In this document: piece by piece, positions 45,910 to 56,680 of the stretch | How positions within the stretch are numbered: position 1 is the stretch's first letter | Layout: each line of letters starts with the position of its first letter | From: an uncultured Verrucomicrobiae bacterium | GTDB lineage: Bacteria; Verrucomicrobiota; Verrucomicrobiia; Chthoniobacterales; UBA10450 | Direction: 5' to 3' | Length of the DNA: 64,000 bases | NCBI GenBank assembly: GCA_963763995.1 | Contig: CAVXQL010000010.1 | Coordinates: forward strand, 24,187-88,186 | Notes under the pieces: generated by a model | Database searches by the model: none | Seen by the model: only the letters and a program-made list of their open reading frames with translations | What the model was told of the DNA's origin: nothing | Position numbers and translations under genes: made by a program

Positions 45910-47855
45910 AAATCAATCTTGATGATCCCAAACTAACTGCTTACGCGCTGGACGAACTTTCCGGTGTGGAGAAATCGGCGATAGAAGCCGCGATCGCCGC
46001 GTCGCCGGAAGCGCAGCGCCTTATCGAGGAAACGTGTGAAGTTGCGCAAGCATTGAAGAACGAATTCGTCGCCGATCTGAAGCAAGACGCGCCAGCGTCG
46101 ACCAACTTGATCGACATTCGCGATGATCCGTGGTTTTGGTCAATCGCGCGTCCGCTCACAATCGCTGCCGTGATTGCCATCTGCGCCGTGATCGGTGCGA
46201 TTGCGTTTGGAACTTATCGGTTACGTGGACATATCGATCGACCCGGTTTCCTGGCCGGTGCGGACCGTTCGCACCGGCTCGACCACGGAGGAGTAGGCTT
46301 GCCGGTCGGACCGATGCCGACTGTTTTTGCGGAAGTCGATGCCGAAGCGGATAAATTCGAATCCAAATCTTCGGCGACAATCGCTCAAGGGGGCATTCGC
46401 GCGCCGAGCGGGGAATTCAATACGGCGGCGTATGATCGCATCGTCGACAACTCGTTTCTCGAAGCGAAATCGAATCCCCTCTCGACTTTCTCGATCGACG
46501 TCGATACCGCGTCGTATTCGAACATCCGGAGGTTCATCAATGATGGGTCGCTTCCGCCAAAGGATGCGGTGCGCGTGGAGGAAATGATCAATTATTTCTC
46601 CTACAATTATCCGCAGCCGGAAGGCGGCAATCCGTTCTCAATCAATCTCGAGGCGACGAGTTGCCCATGGGAACCGGCGCATCGGTTGGTGCGGATCGGA
46701 TTGAAAGGGCGCGAGATTGCTGCGGATAAACGCGGCCCGAGCAATCTCGTTTTCCTCCTCGACGTCTCCGGTTCAATGGATTCGCCGAAACGTCTGCCAC
46801 TGGTGAAGCAATCGATGCGGCTGCTGGTGGACAAGCTAACGGAGAATGATCGCGTCGCGATCGTCGTTTACGCTGGTGCATCCGGATTGGCGCTTCCATC
46901 GACCACAGGAGATCACAAGGAGCAGATTTTTTCCGCTCTCGAAAATCTTCAGGCAGGCGGCTCGACCAACGGCGCGGAAGGCATCGAATTGGCCTATAAG
47001 ATCGCGTCGGAAAATTTCGTCAAAGGTGGAGTCAACCGCGTGATCCTCGCGACCGACGGCGATTTCAATGTCGGCGTCACGAGCCAGGGCGATCTAATCC
47101 GGTTGATCGAGGAGAAAGCGAAGAGCGGGGTTTTCCTGAGCGTGCTCGGGGTCGGCACGGACAACTACAAGGATTCGACGATGCAGAAGCTCGCCGACAA
47201 GGGAAACGGCAATTACGCGTATCTCGATTCGCTCGATGAAGCCCGCAAGGTGCTGGTGCAACAAATGAATGGCACGCTCGTGACCATTGCGAAGGACGTG
47301 AAAATTCAGGTCGAGTTCAATCCAGCGCTGGTCGCCTCCTACCGGTTGATCGGTTACGAAAAGCGGATGCTGCGCAAGGAGGATTTCAACAACGACAAGA
47401 TCGATGCCGGCGAAATTGGCGCCGGGCATACCGTGACCGCGTTATACGAAGTGGTCCCGGTCGGTTCGAGCATCGATCCAGCGGCGAGCGTTCCTCCGGT
47501 TGATCCTTTGAAATATCAGGAAGAGCGCAAGGCCACGCTTCCCGAGGGGGAGCGGCTGCACGAAATGCTGACGGTGAAGTTGCGTTACAAGAAACCGGAC
47601 GGGGACAAGAGCGAATTGACTGAGCGCTCATTGACCGAAAGCAGCGCGAAATTCGAGAATGCGTCGTCCGACTTGAAGTTCGCAGCCGCTGTCGCCGAAT
47701 TCGGGATGATTCTGCGTGGCTCGGAATACAAGGGCAACGGGACACTGGGCGCAGTACTTGAGTGGGCCGAGGAAGGCCGGGGACAGGATACTAATGGTTA
47801 CCGCGCGGGATTCATTGAACTCGTGCGCAAGGCGCAGGCGCTGAGCAAAGGATAA
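45906..47855 (+). CDS. anti-sigma-like N-terminus, one TM, and periplasmic vWA domain (YfbK-like)
   Basis: 649 aa with ATGA overlap with the sigma gene. N-terminus DDPKLTAYALDELSG, one TM, FSIDVDTASYSNIRRFIN, and the MIDAS motif FLLDVSGSM...GGSTNG. Confidence 0.85.
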   Translation: MKINLDDPKLTAYALDELSGVEKSAIEAAIAASPEAQRLIEETCEVAQALKNEFVADLKQDAPASTNLIDIRDDPWFWSIARPLTIAAVIAICAVIGAIAFGTYRLRGHIDRPGFLAGADRSHRLDHGGVGLPVGPMPTVFAEVDAEADKFESKSSATIAQGGIRAPSGEFNTAAYDRIVDNSFLEAKSNPLSTFSIDVDTASYSNIRRFINDGSLPPKDAVRVEEMINYFSYNYPQPEGGNPFSINLEATSCPWEPAHRLVRIGLKGREIAADKRGPSNLVFLLDVSGSMDSPKRLPLVKQSMRLLVDKLTENDRVAIVVYAGASGLALPSTTGDHKEQIFSALENLQAGGSTNGAEGIELAYKIASENFVKGGVNRVILATDGDFNVGVTSQGDLIRLIEEKAKSGVFLSVLGVGTDNYKDSTMQKLADKGNGNYAYLDSLDEARKVLVQQMNGTLVTIAKDVKIQVEFNPALVASYRLIGYEKRMLRKEDFNNDKIDAGEIGAGHTVTALYEVVPVGSSIDPAASVPPVDPLKYQEERKATLPEGERLHEMLTVKLRYKKPDGDKSELTERSLTESSAKFENASSDLKFAAAVAEFGMILRGSEYKGNGTLGAVLEWAEEGRGQDTNGYRAGFIELVRKAQALSKG

Positions 47856-47860
47856 GAGCG

Positions 47861-48832
47861 CTAGATATTTTCCGTTGCTTCGATGACGCTCGCGGGCTTC
47901 GTGCGCATTGCGAGGAACGCGCCGAGGAGCAGAATCCCCGCGCTCCAAAGTTGCGCATGACTGAGGCGTTCGCCGAAAATCCAGGCGGAGAGAGCGAGCG
48001 CTCCGGCGGGACAAAGAAGCTGCAGCGTTTGCGAAAGCGCGACGCCAATCTCGCGGATGGCGATGTAATATAAGACGTGCGCCATGCTGATGCAGGTGAC
48101 GGCAGAGATTACGAGGATGACGTTGACGTGGGGCGTTACGTGCAGCGGCGTCGAAATATCGCCGAAGGCAACCGTCAGCGGAAAGAGCATGGCGGATGTG
48201 AGGAAACTGACGACGCCGAAGCTGCGAACGGAGCCGAACTCCGCAGAGGGACGTTTCACGAGCACGCCGTAAAGCGCCCAGCAAAAACTGGCGGTGAAGG
48301 CAATCGCGAGGCCGCGGAGTGGAATGTGTCCCGATTGCCAGCCCGGCTGAAAAATTAGTACGCCGACCGCGCCGAGCAAGCCAAGGACTGTCCCGACTTG
48401 AAACTGCCATTGCCGGATGACCCAACGTTCCTCTGGGAAAAAAATGAGGGCGAGGAGCGCAGTGATGATAACAGACGAGCGGATGAAGATCGCGTACACC
48501 CCCGGCCCCATATAATTTAGCGAAACAGTCTGTGTGATTTGATGGATCACGTTCGGCAACGACGGAACGAGGCAAAGGCCAATGATCCGCCAATTAAGCC
48601 CCGGGCCGTCTTTCCAAAAACGGTGAATGACGAAAGGCGCGACCGCCAGGAATGCGACGGAATAGCGGTAAAAGTTTTGCGCCCATGGATCGTAGTAGCG
48701 ATTGAGATAGAATTGAAAGAGCGACGGCATCGACCAAATGGCGATCGTCGCAAAAAGAGCGAGGTAACCTCTCGAGAGATTGTGCTTCTGTAATCTGGCG
48801 TTTTCCGGTTTGGTCGCGTGCGGAATTCGCAT
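47861..48832 (-). CDS. EamA/DMT-family transporter
   Basis: About 10 TM helices. Start taken at ATG 48832; TTG 48850 is also possible. Confidence 0.8.
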   Translation of the reverse strand: MRIPHATKPENARLQKHNLSRGYLALFATIAIWSMPSLFQFYLNRYYDPWAQNFYRYSVAFLAVAPFVIHRFWKDGPGLNWRIIGLCLVPSLPNVIHQITQTVSLNYMGPGVYAIFIRSSVIITALLALIFFPEERWVIRQWQFQVGTVLGLLGAVGVLIFQPGWQSGHIPLRGLAIAFTASFCWALYGVLVKRPSAEFGSVRSFGVVSFLTSAMLFPLTVAFGDISTPLHVTPHVNVILVISAVTCISMAHVLYYIAIREIGVALSQTLQLLCPAGALALSAWIFGERLSHAQLWSAGILLLGAFLAMRTKPASVIEATENI

Positions 48833-48918
48833 CACCGGGAAATACAGCAATTTAATTTGCTCGCCTACAAACGATTAATTTCGCAGAACGTAGTTTGACA
48901 AGGGGAGGGATAAATAAT

Positions 48919-49857
48919 TTGAAAAATCGAACATTCATGATCGCGGCAGTGGCGCTTTTCTTCGCCGCGCAAAGCGGCACGGGATTTGCGAAGGAGAAGA
49001 AGGGGAGGGGCGCAGCTTCGGAGGCGACCGAACATTCTAAACAAGGAGTTGCGCTCGTCCAAGCGGGCAAATTCCAGGAGGCGATCCTTGAGTTTACCAA
49101 GGTCATCGAGGTGGATCCCAAGAATCCGCGTAATTACGGCAATCGAGGGACGGCTTATCGCGCGGCGGGAAGATTTCCTGAAGCGCTGGCCGATTTCTCA
49201 AAGATGATCGAGCTCGCGCCGAAAGATGCCAGCGGCTATTTCGAGCGCGGCCAGACTAACGTCATCATGAGCCAGTTCGCGGCCGCGATTCCCGATCTGG
49301 ACAAGACGATCGAGTTGAGGCCGGATCTGGTGGTGGCCTACAAGTTCCGCGGCTTCGCCGAGCTTGGACTCAGCGAATTCGATAAGGCCATCGCGGATTT
49401 CGATAAGGCGATCGAAAAAAACCCGGACGAGCCGCAGCTTTATGAACGACGCGGTTTTGCCAAGCGGAGTCTCAAGCGGTGGGACGAGGCATTGGCCGAT
49501 TACACGACGGCTATCGAGAAGAACCCAAACGATGCCGACTTTTACAACAAGCGCGCCTACACCTATGCGCTCATGAATCAGTACGCGAAGGCGATTCCCG
49601 ATTTGGAAACTGCGTTGAAACTAAAGCCCGGTGACTTCGACACGACCGACCGCTTGCGCTTCGCGCGGGCTCAGATCGCCCCTCCGCCGCCACCCACTCC
49701 TACGCCAGCGCCTACGCCAGAACCTCCCGGCCTCGTCACGCCGCTGAACATCGGAATTGCGGTCGCGGCGCTTCTCGTCCTTATCGTTATCATTGTGCTC
49801 ATCGTGCGTATGCGCGCGCGCGGAAAGCCCGAGCCCACGAGTAGCAGAATCCGCTAG
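48919..49857 (+). CDS. TPR-repeat protein with signal peptide and C-terminal Pro-rich linker plus TM
   Basis: Start taken at TTG 48919, 10 nt after GGGGAGGG (MKNRTFMIAAVALFFAAQSGTGFA); ATG 48937 is an alternative. Repeated TPR units, then PPPPPTPTPAPTPEPP and a TM. Confidence 0.75.
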   Translation: MKNRTFMIAAVALFFAAQSGTGFAKEKKGRGAASEATEHSKQGVALVQAGKFQEAILEFTKVIEVDPKNPRNYGNRGTAYRAAGRFPEALADFSKMIELAPKDASGYFERGQTNVIMSQFAAAIPDLDKTIELRPDLVVAYKFRGFAELGLSEFDKAIADFDKAIEKNPDEPQLYERRGFAKRSLKRWDEALADYTTAIEKNPNDADFYNKRAYTYALMNQYAKAIPDLETALKLKPGDFDTTDRLRFARAQIAPPPPPTPTPAPTPEPPGLVTPLNIGIAVAALLVLIVIIVLIVRMRARGKPEPTSSRIR

Positions 49858-49930
49858 CAGTTTGTAATTACGGGCCGGCGGGCGGTCGGTGGGTGGTGGC
49901 TGGCAACGCCACGGCGGCAAAGAAATTTCT

Positions 49931-49958
49931 TTGACACTCCAAACCGGGCTGATAGCTT
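49931..49958 (+). promoter_or_regulatory. candidate sigma-70-type promoter upstream of tRNA-Thr/tuf
   Basis: TTGACA, 16-nt spacer, TAGCTT; about 155 nt upstream of the tRNA. Confidence 0.35.
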
Positions 49959-50113
49959 GGCCACGCTTTTTGCAGAACGAAGGAGGTCCCACGGTCGTTC
50001 AAAACGCAAGGTTTGACGCGGCTCTGGGACTTTTAGGTCTCTGGCAGAAAGCAACCGGTTCGTCGTTAGGCTCCATGACGGAGGCGCGGCGAGCAATGAA
50101 ATGACGAAAAGCG

Positions 50114-50189
<76 letters not shown>

Positions 50190-50255
50190 GAGTGAGCTTG
50201 GGACCGGCAGAAAAACGCAGCTTAAAAGACACAGCATTTAACCAGGAGAATCGAG

Positions 50256-51440
50256 ATGGCTAAGGAAGCATTTAAACGCGACAAACCGCACATCAATGTC
50301 GGCACGATCGGTCACGTGGACCATGGCAAAACCACCCTCACCGCAGCAATCACGACCGTGCTCGCGAAAAAAGGAATGGCGGAAATACGCGCCTACGATT
50401 CGATCGACAATGCGCCGGAAGAAAAAGAGCGCGGCATTACGATCAATACGGCGCACGTCGAATATCAGAGCGACAAGCGCCACTACGCGCACGTCGATTG
50501 CCCCGGCCACGCTGACTATGTCAAGAACATGATCACGGGTGCCGCGCAGATGGACGGCGCGATTCTCGTTGTCTCGGCTGCTGATGGTCCGATGCCGCAG
50601 ACGCGCGAGCACATCCTGCTGGCGCGACAGGTCGGTGTGCCTGCGATCGTTGTTTTCCTGAACAAGGTCGACATGGTCGACGATCCGGAGTTGCTCGATC
50701 TCGTCGAAATGGAAGTGCGCGATCTGCTCACGCAATATGAATATCCGGGCGACAAGATTCCAATCGTTAAGGGGAGCGCGCTCAAGGCGCTGGAGGGCGA
50801 TGCCGATGCGCAGGCGCAAATTCTCGCGCTCGTCGCGGCGGTGGATGATTACATCCCGGTGCCGGATCGTCCGATCGATCAGCCATTCCTCATGCCGGTG
50901 GAAGACGTGTTTAACATTGAAGGTCGCGGTACGGTCGCGACCGGTCGTGTCGAGCGCGGCATCCTCAAGAAAATGGAGGAAGTGGAAATCGTTGGCATCA
51001 AGGACACGGCGAAGACGACTGCGACCGATATCGAAATGTTCCGCAAACTTCTCGACGAGGCGCGCGCGGGCGACAACGTCGGCGTGCTCCTGCGCGGCGT
51101 GAAGAAGGAAGATGTCGAGCGCGGCCAGGTGATTGCCAAGCCGGGCAGCATCACGCCGCATCGCAAATTCAAAGCGGAAGTTTACGTGCTGAGCAAAGAA
51201 GAAGGCGGCCGTCACACGCCGTTCTTCACCAATTATCGACCGCAATTTTATTTCCGCACGACCGACGTGACCGGCAGCGTAAAGCTGGCGGAAGGCGTGG
51301 AAATGGTCATGCCGGGCGACAACGTTTCGGTCGAAGTCGAGCTCGGGACGCCGATCGCGATGGAGAAAACAATTCGTTTCGCGATTCGTGAAGGCGGCAA
51401 AACCGTCGGCGCCGGTCGCGTAAGTGAGATTCTGGACTAA
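50256..51440 (+). CDS. tuf: elongation factor Tu
   Basis: 394 aa containing [18 protein letters not shown] and NKVD motifs. Confidence 0.99.
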   Translation: MAKEAFKRDKPHINVGTIGHVDHGKTTLTAAITTVLAKKGMAEIRAYDSIDNAPEEKERGITINTAHVEYQSDKRHYAHVDCPGHADYVKNMITGAAQMDGAILVVSAADGPMPQTREHILLARQVGVPAIVVFLNKVDMVDDPELLDLVEMEVRDLLTQYEYPGDKIPIVKGSALKALEGDADAQAQILALVAAVDDYIPVPDRPIDQPFLMPVEDVFNIEGRGTVATGRVERGILKKMEEVEIVGIKDTAKTTATDIEMFRKLLDEARAGDNVGVLLRGVKKEDVERGQVIAKPGSITPHRKFKAEVYVLSKEEGGRHTPFFTNYRPQFYFRTTDVTGSVKLAEGVEMVMPGDNVSVEVELGTPIAMEKTIRFAIREGGKTVGAGRVSEILD

Positions 51441-51529
51441 GAAACTTTCCTCTTCCGCCTCCTTTAAGTCTCCCGTGGCTTGAAGGGTGTTCGAGACAGA
51501 GGAAGATTGAGAGGAAGCGGAAGATTATT

Positions 51530-51602
51530 AGGTCAGTAGCTCAATTGGTAGAGTAGCGGTCTCCAAAACCGTCGGTTGGGGGTTCGAGTCCCTCCTGACC
51601 TG
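51530..51602 (+). tRNA. tRNA-Trp (anticodon CCA)
   Basis: Acceptor AGGTCAG/CTGACCT, anticodon loop CTCCAAA, T loop TTCGAGT. It occupies the canonical position between tuf and secE. Confidence 0.9.
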
Positions 51603-51694
51603 TTTTTAGAGGTGATTCGTCAAAATTGTTAAATGGTTAAAACGCCGCCGCTCCCCAACTTTCCTAATGCCATAACCCTTGTAAGTTTTTTCCC

Positions 51695-51913
51695 ATGATC
51701 GCACGCACGAAAAGTTTTCTCACCGAGGTAAAAGTCGAGCTGCAGAAATGTTCCTGGCCCTGGGAATCGAAGGAGAAAGGGATCCGGCGTTACAAGGAAC
51801 TGACGGATTCAACTCTGGTCGTGATCATCGCCATGTTGCTGCTCGGCGGTTACGTGGCGCTTTTTGATTTTATTCTGATTAACTTCATCCACTTCTTTAC
51901 CCGCGCGCAGTAA
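51695..51913 (+). CDS. secE: preprotein translocase subunit SecE
   Basis: 72 aa. Contains FLTEVKVELQKCSWP and a single C-terminal TM. Followed by nusG. Confidence 0.88.
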   Translation: MIARTKSFLTEVKVELQKCSWPWESKEKGIRRYKELTDSTLVVIIAMLLLGGYVALFDFILINFIHFFTRAQ

Positions 51914-51918
51914 TCAAA

Positions 51919-52488
51919 ATGGCGAACGTTCTGGCACCGAAGGATCAGTGGTTTGTCGTGCACGTGCTTTCCGGACAGGAAAACAAAGTGCGCGAAAACA
52001 TTGAGCGTCGCGTCAAGACGGAGGAAATGGGTGACGTCGTATTCGAAGTGCTTGTTCCGACGGAGCGCGTTTCCGAGATCAAGCGCGGAAAGAAAAGTGA
52101 GACGACACGAAAATTTTTCCCCGGTTACCTCATCGTCAACATGCACCTTCTCGACGAGAACAATCAACTCGTTGGGCGAACCTGGTATTTCATTCGTGAT
52201 ACGCCCGGCGTCATCGGGTTTGCCGGGACGAAAGATCGTCCAATCCCGATGCGGCAATCCGAGGTGGACAACATGCTGGCGCAAATGCGCGAGCGCGAAG
52301 AAAAGGTAAAACCGAAGGTCAGCTTTGAAGTCGGTGAGACGGTGAAAGTGGCCGATGGACCGTTCCAAAATCAGAACGGCATCGTCGAAGAAATCGATCC
52401 GGATCGCGGCAAGCTGCGCGTATCGGTCACGATCTTCGGTCGGGCCACGCCGGTAGAGTTGGAGTATTGGCAGGTAGAACGCGGATAG
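51919..52488 (+). CDS. nusG: transcription termination/antitermination factor NusG
   Basis: 189 aa. NGN domain (WFVVHVLSGQENKV) and KOW domain (FEVGETVKVADGPFQNQNGIVEEID). Confidence 0.96.
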   Translation: MANVLAPKDQWFVVHVLSGQENKVRENIERRVKTEEMGDVVFEVLVPTERVSEIKRGKKSETTRKFFPGYLIVNMHLLDENNQLVGRTWYFIRDTPGVIGFAGTKDRPIPMRQSEVDNMLAQMREREEKVKPKVSFEVGETVKVADGPFQNQNGIVEEIDPDRGKLRVSVTIFGRATPVELEYWQVERG

Positions 52489-52497
52489 AGGAATTGT

Positions 52498-52923
52498 ATG
52501 GCCAAAGAAATCGTAGCTCACATCAAATTACAGATCCCGGCGGGGCAGGCGAATCCGGCGCCACCAGTCGGTACCGCGCTCGGACCGCGCGGCGTCAACA
52601 TCATGGCGTTCTGCAAAGAATTTAACGCCGCCACGCAAAAGCAGGCCGGTGACATTTTGCCGGTCGTCATCACCGTCTTCAAGGATAAGTCGTTTACCTT
52701 TATCACGAAAACGCCGCCTGCGGCGATCCTGTTGAAGAAAGCCGCGAACATCGCGGCCGGTTCGAAAGAGCCGAACAAGACAAAGGTCGGCAAAGTCACG
52801 CGCAAGCAGGTGATGGACATCGTGAAGTTGAAGGGCAAAGACCTCAACTCGCGCAGCGACGAAGCCGGGTTCCGGGTCATCGCCGGCACGGCTCGCCAGA
52901 TGGGCCTTGAGATCGTCGATTAA
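52498..52923 (+). CDS. rplK: 50S ribosomal protein L11
   Basis: 141 aa containing [35 protein letters not shown]. Confidence 0.98.
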   Translation: MAKEIVAHIKLQIPAGQANPAPPVGTALGPRGVNIMAFCKEFNAATQKQAGDILPVVITVFKDKSFTFITKTPPAAILLKKAANIAAGSKEPNKTKVGKVTRKQVMDIVKLKGKDLNSRSDEAGFRVIAGTARQMGLEIVD

Positions 52924-52961
52924 CGTCGACTTCCGGAATCCCCGCCGGCATTTGTAGGGCC

Positions 52962-53462
52962 GTGCCCGTTCTCCCTCCAGACGAAGAGACCAGGATAATT
53001 GTTCGCGAACGATTGCGGTTGTTAACGATCGGGTTCTACGTGCGCGGCGGAATGATAGCGGCCTTCAGTTGTTTTTTCCTGCTTTACGTTTTCCTGTTCC
53101 TTGGCGTTTCCTTCATGCCAGAGTCGGCGTGGAACCCTCCTCCCGCTCCAGGAACATCACCAACACCATTTGCCACTTTGTCGCCAGCACTTCATTCTTC
53201 GAAACCGGAAACACCGCCGATGATCATCTTCCGAATCATGGCTGGTATTATGGGTGGAATGGTATTGCTAGGTTGGACGTTGGCGGCTTTTACTGCGTAC
53301 GCTGGCCGGTGCATTCAGAGGCGTAAATCCAAAGTCCTGATATACGTGATGGCGGCGGCAAACTGCGTGTTCATCCCCTACGGAACCCTTCTCGGCGTGT
53401 TCACGTTCATTGTCCTCGGATCGCCTGCCGCGGCCGAGGAGTTCAAGCCAACGGGCCGTTAG
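52962..53462 (+). CDS. hypothetical four-TM membrane protein
   Basis: 166 aa with a GTG start and hydrophobic helices plus a Pro-rich loop. The reading frame is supported only by length and hydropathy. Confidence 0.45.
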   Translation: MPVLPPDEETRIIVRERLRLLTIGFYVRGGMIAAFSCFFLLYVFLFLGVSFMPESAWNPPPAPGTSPTPFATLSPALHSSKPETPPMIIFRIMAGIMGGMVLLGWTLAAFTAYAGRCIQRRKSKVLIYVMAAANCVFIPYGTLLGVFTFIVLGSPAAAEEFKPTGR

Positions 53463-53468
53463 ACGCGA

Positions 53469-55161
53469 TCAGTTACCGTTTACGTTTTCGCTCGCGCCCA
53501 AATATTCCCAGCGCTGCAACGCGATCGGGACGTTGCCGTTCTTCCAGACAAAATCGTGGAACGCACGCAGATCGAATTTTTCTCCCTGCTGCATTCGGGC
53601 CTCAGCGAGAAACTTTGTGATCTGAAGTTTGCCGATTTGGTAGGTTAGCCCCTGGCCGGGAGCAGTTGAAAATGCGATTGCTTCCTGGCGCGCAGTGTTG
53701 GCGTCCATCGGAACTTTTTCTTCGAGGTATTTTGCCGCTTGTTCGAGCATGAATTCGCCGAGCGCGAGCTTCACATCCACTTCCACGCGGAGCGCGCGCA
53801 GGCGCATGAAGTTGTAAATGATCTCGCGCGTATGCGGGCTGTCGTCGAAGAGACCGGCCTGCAACATCATTTCCTCGGCGTAAAAGCCGATGCCCTCGTT
53901 TACGCCGGAATCGTAGTAATGACGGCGGATCGGGTCTTCGTGTTTCCACGAGAGGCAGAGCTGAAAGTAATGACCGGGAATTCCTTCGTGGACACAGATC
54001 GGTCGCGAATCCACCGCGGTCGCGCGCCAGAAATACCCCAGGTTCGGCGAAGGCGGGCTGACGTAACGAATGCAGTTTTCCTTCAAGCGCGATGGCGACG
54101 TGAAGTCGTCAGTCTCGCTGAAACCGAGCGCGACGCAAGTATTCCGGCATCGGACGCAGCGTGTAATGTTGTACCCAAACGGGCACGGTGAGAATGCCTC
54201 GCGTTTCCAGAAAATCGCGAATCTGCAGTTCCTTGGCGGCCGCATCTTTTATCCAACTCTCGGTATCCTTGACCAATTGGAGCGGTGGAACATCACGGTT
54301 GCGTTGTTTTTCGTAGGCTTCGAAAGCGACCGCGCGATTCCATTCCTGGCGGCCCATGGCCAGAAGTTGCTCGGGCGAGTAAGGGTAGAGCGCGACGTTT
54401 TTCAGAAAGAAAACAAATGCATCACGACCGAGAGCAGTTTCCTTCGGCAGCGACAGCAGACGTTCCTGCAGGTTCGCACGGAAATGCTCAAGCGCGTCGA
54501 CCGCGTCATCGGTCGCGCCATTCAGTTCTTTTTCGTTGAGAGTCGTGGCGGGGCGAAGGGACACAGCCATTTTACGCAGACGTTCCCGAATGCCATCGAG
54601 TGCTTGAATCGCAACCGCCGCGAATGGCGCCGGCGGGTTCTCCAGATTTGTTTCGCCCTCCCGCAAAATCGCCGGAATGTTTTCGATGCGCGAGAGAATT
54701 TCTTTGCTTTGCGCTTCGTTGTACGGCGCGGGCACGGTCAAGGCTTCGGCCAGGGCCGTGAGCGTCTGCTCGATGTAGAAGGTGGGATCGCGTTTCCAAC
54801 GCGGATTGATGTCGAGTTCCCAGCGCACGCGCGACAATGCCGAACCGATCAAGCGATAATCGACCTGCATTGGAATCGGCCACGCAGTGGGATCAATTTT
54901 TTTCCACCGCGCTTCAAAGTCTGCGAGATCTCTTCGATGATGATCGATCGCGCTTCGCGACCAATCGCGTGTTCCGCCCGGCCGCTCGATCCGATTCACG
55001 TCATCGCCCGTGAAAGGCGCGTACTTTGTCCGCCACGCCCAAAAATCATCGGCGAGTTTTTTCAGCGCGCCATTATTCGAAGGTGCCGATCCAGTTTGGC
55101 AATTTGCGTCCGACACAAGAAGTCCGAGCCCCAAAAGCAGTGCTGCAACAGCGTTCCTCAT
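53469..55161 (-). pseudogene. DUF885-family secreted protein, frame broken near 54136
   Basis: The 5' part (55161 down to about 54139) has signal peptide MRNAVAALLLGLGLLVSDA and ends ...VQHYTLRPMPEY. The 3' part (ORF 53469..54245) reads ..VALGFSETDDFTSP...HEGIPGHYFQ. The two are colinear with the intact paralog at 39749-41512 once one base is removed. Confidence 0.8.
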
Positions 55162-55292
55162 AACGACAACTTCGATCGGCTGCGAGTCTTGCGAACGATC
55201 ATAGTTCGGCAAAGCAAAATCGAATTTCTGGACATCTTCGTTTCCAAGCCGCAAACCTTGCTTTGCAAAGAACAAATTCTTATACCGATCGG

Positions 55293-56636
55293 ATGAATAA
55301 CCGATTTCGCAGTCGATTTGGTCATCGAGTTTTTGTTTTGCTGGCGTTTCTCGGGCTCTTTGTTTCTCCCCTGACGGCGGCGGAGTCGATCATCGCGCTA
55401 AAGGCGGCGCGTCTCTTCGACGGCAAATCGAAAACGCTTATGACCAATGGCGTCGTGCTCATCGAAGGGAATTTGATCAAGGACGCTGGCAGTGATTTGC
55501 CCATTCCATCCGACGCACAGGTGATCGATCTTGGCGATGCGACTTTGTCACCGGGGTTCATGGACGCACATACCCATCTGACGCTCGATTACTCGGGCAA
55601 CTACAATGAGCGGCGTCTGAAGGAGCTGGATATGAACGTGTCGGAGATGGCTTACGAATGTTTGGCTCGTGCGACGGCGACGATTGAAGCCGGGTTTACT
55701 TCGGTGCGTGATGTCGGCAGCAGGATCACGAACACTCACGACTTTCCCGACGTCTCGTTGCGAAATGCAATCAATCGCGGTTTAGTCGTCGGTCCACGCA
55801 TGCTCGTGGCCACGCATGGCATTGGCGCGACGGGCGGGCATTTCGATCCCTTCAACGGCTTTCGCGATATGCTATTTGGGCGCGAGCCGGATTGGACGGA
55901 TGGCATCGCCGATGGCCCGGATGAAATTCGGAAAGCGGTGCGTTACGAAATAAAAAACGGCGCGGATGTGATCAAGGCCGCGGTCTCCGGCGGCGTGCTC
56001 TCGTTAAAGGACGAGGTAGACGTTCCGCAGTTCACTCCTGCAGAGATGGCGGCGCTGGTCGATGAAACGCATCGGTTGCGCAAAAAAGTGGCGGTCCATT
56101 GTCACGGCGATCAGGCGGCGCGGGAAGCGATCACGGCGGGGGTTGATTCGATCGAGCACGGTTCCTTCATGAAAGCGGACACGCTGAACCTGATGAAGAG
56201 CAAGGGCACTTATCTTACCCCCACTTTGTTGGCAACCGAGTACATCATGCCGCGGGTGAAGACCTATCCGCCCGAAGTGCAGGTGAAGGCGCATGCCGCG
56301 GCTGCGGCGCGCTCGGAAATGTTTCGGAATGCAGTGAAGATTGGCGTGAGAATTTCATTCGGAACGGATGCAGGCGTGTTTCCGCACGGACAAAACGCGA
56401 AGGAATTCGCTCTCATGACCAGCTTCGGGATGACTCCGATCGATGCGTTGCGCTCGGCCACATCGGTGGATGCAGAGCTATTCGGCGTTTCGCAAAAGTT
56501 GGGCACGCTGGAGAAGGGGAAGCTGGCGGATATTGTCGCAATGCCCGGAGATCCGACGAAGGATATCACGGCGACGGAGCGGGTTTCATTCGTGATGAAA
56601 GATGGCAAGATTATCAAGAATTCGGCGACGCCCTAG
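55293..56636 (+). CDS. secreted amidohydrolase-family metallo-hydrolase
   Basis: Start taken at ATG 55293, followed by a signal peptide. Contains PGFMDAHTHL (HxH), VAVHCHG and the SFGTDAG Asp motif. Confidence 0.85.
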   Translation: MNNRFRSRFGHRVFVLLAFLGLFVSPLTAAESIIALKAARLFDGKSKTLMTNGVVLIEGNLIKDAGSDLPIPSDAQVIDLGDATLSPGFMDAHTHLTLDYSGNYNERRLKELDMNVSEMAYECLARATATIEAGFTSVRDVGSRITNTHDFPDVSLRNAINRGLVVGPRMLVATHGIGATGGHFDPFNGFRDMLFGREPDWTDGIADGPDEIRKAVRYEIKNGADVIKAAVSGGVLSLKDEVDVPQFTPAEMAALVDETHRLRKKVAVHCHGDQAAREAITAGVDSIEHGSFMKADTLNLMKSKGTYLTPTLLATEYIMPRVKTYPPEVQVKAHAAAAARSEMFRNAVKIGVRISFGTDAGVFPHGQNAKEFALMTSFGMTPIDALRSATSVDAELFGVSQKLGTLEKGKLADIVAMPGDPTKDITATERVSFVMKDGKIIKNSATP

Positions 56637-56652
56637 CTGGCGCGAAGTTTCC

Positions 56653-56680
56653 TTGACAGGGAAACGCTGACGGCTAGGTT
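56653..56680 (+). promoter_or_regulatory. candidate sigma-70-type promoter for rplA-rplJ-rplL
   Basis: TTGACA, 16-nt spacer, TAGGTT; about 80 nt upstream of the rplA ATG. Confidence 0.35.

Noticed and set aside
49675-49730. Pro/Thr-rich stretch PPPPPTPTPAPTPEPP as a tandem DNA repeat.
   Set aside because: It is a short low-complexity linker within the TPR protein, ahead of its C-terminal TM. It is not a nucleotide-level tandem repeat of note.
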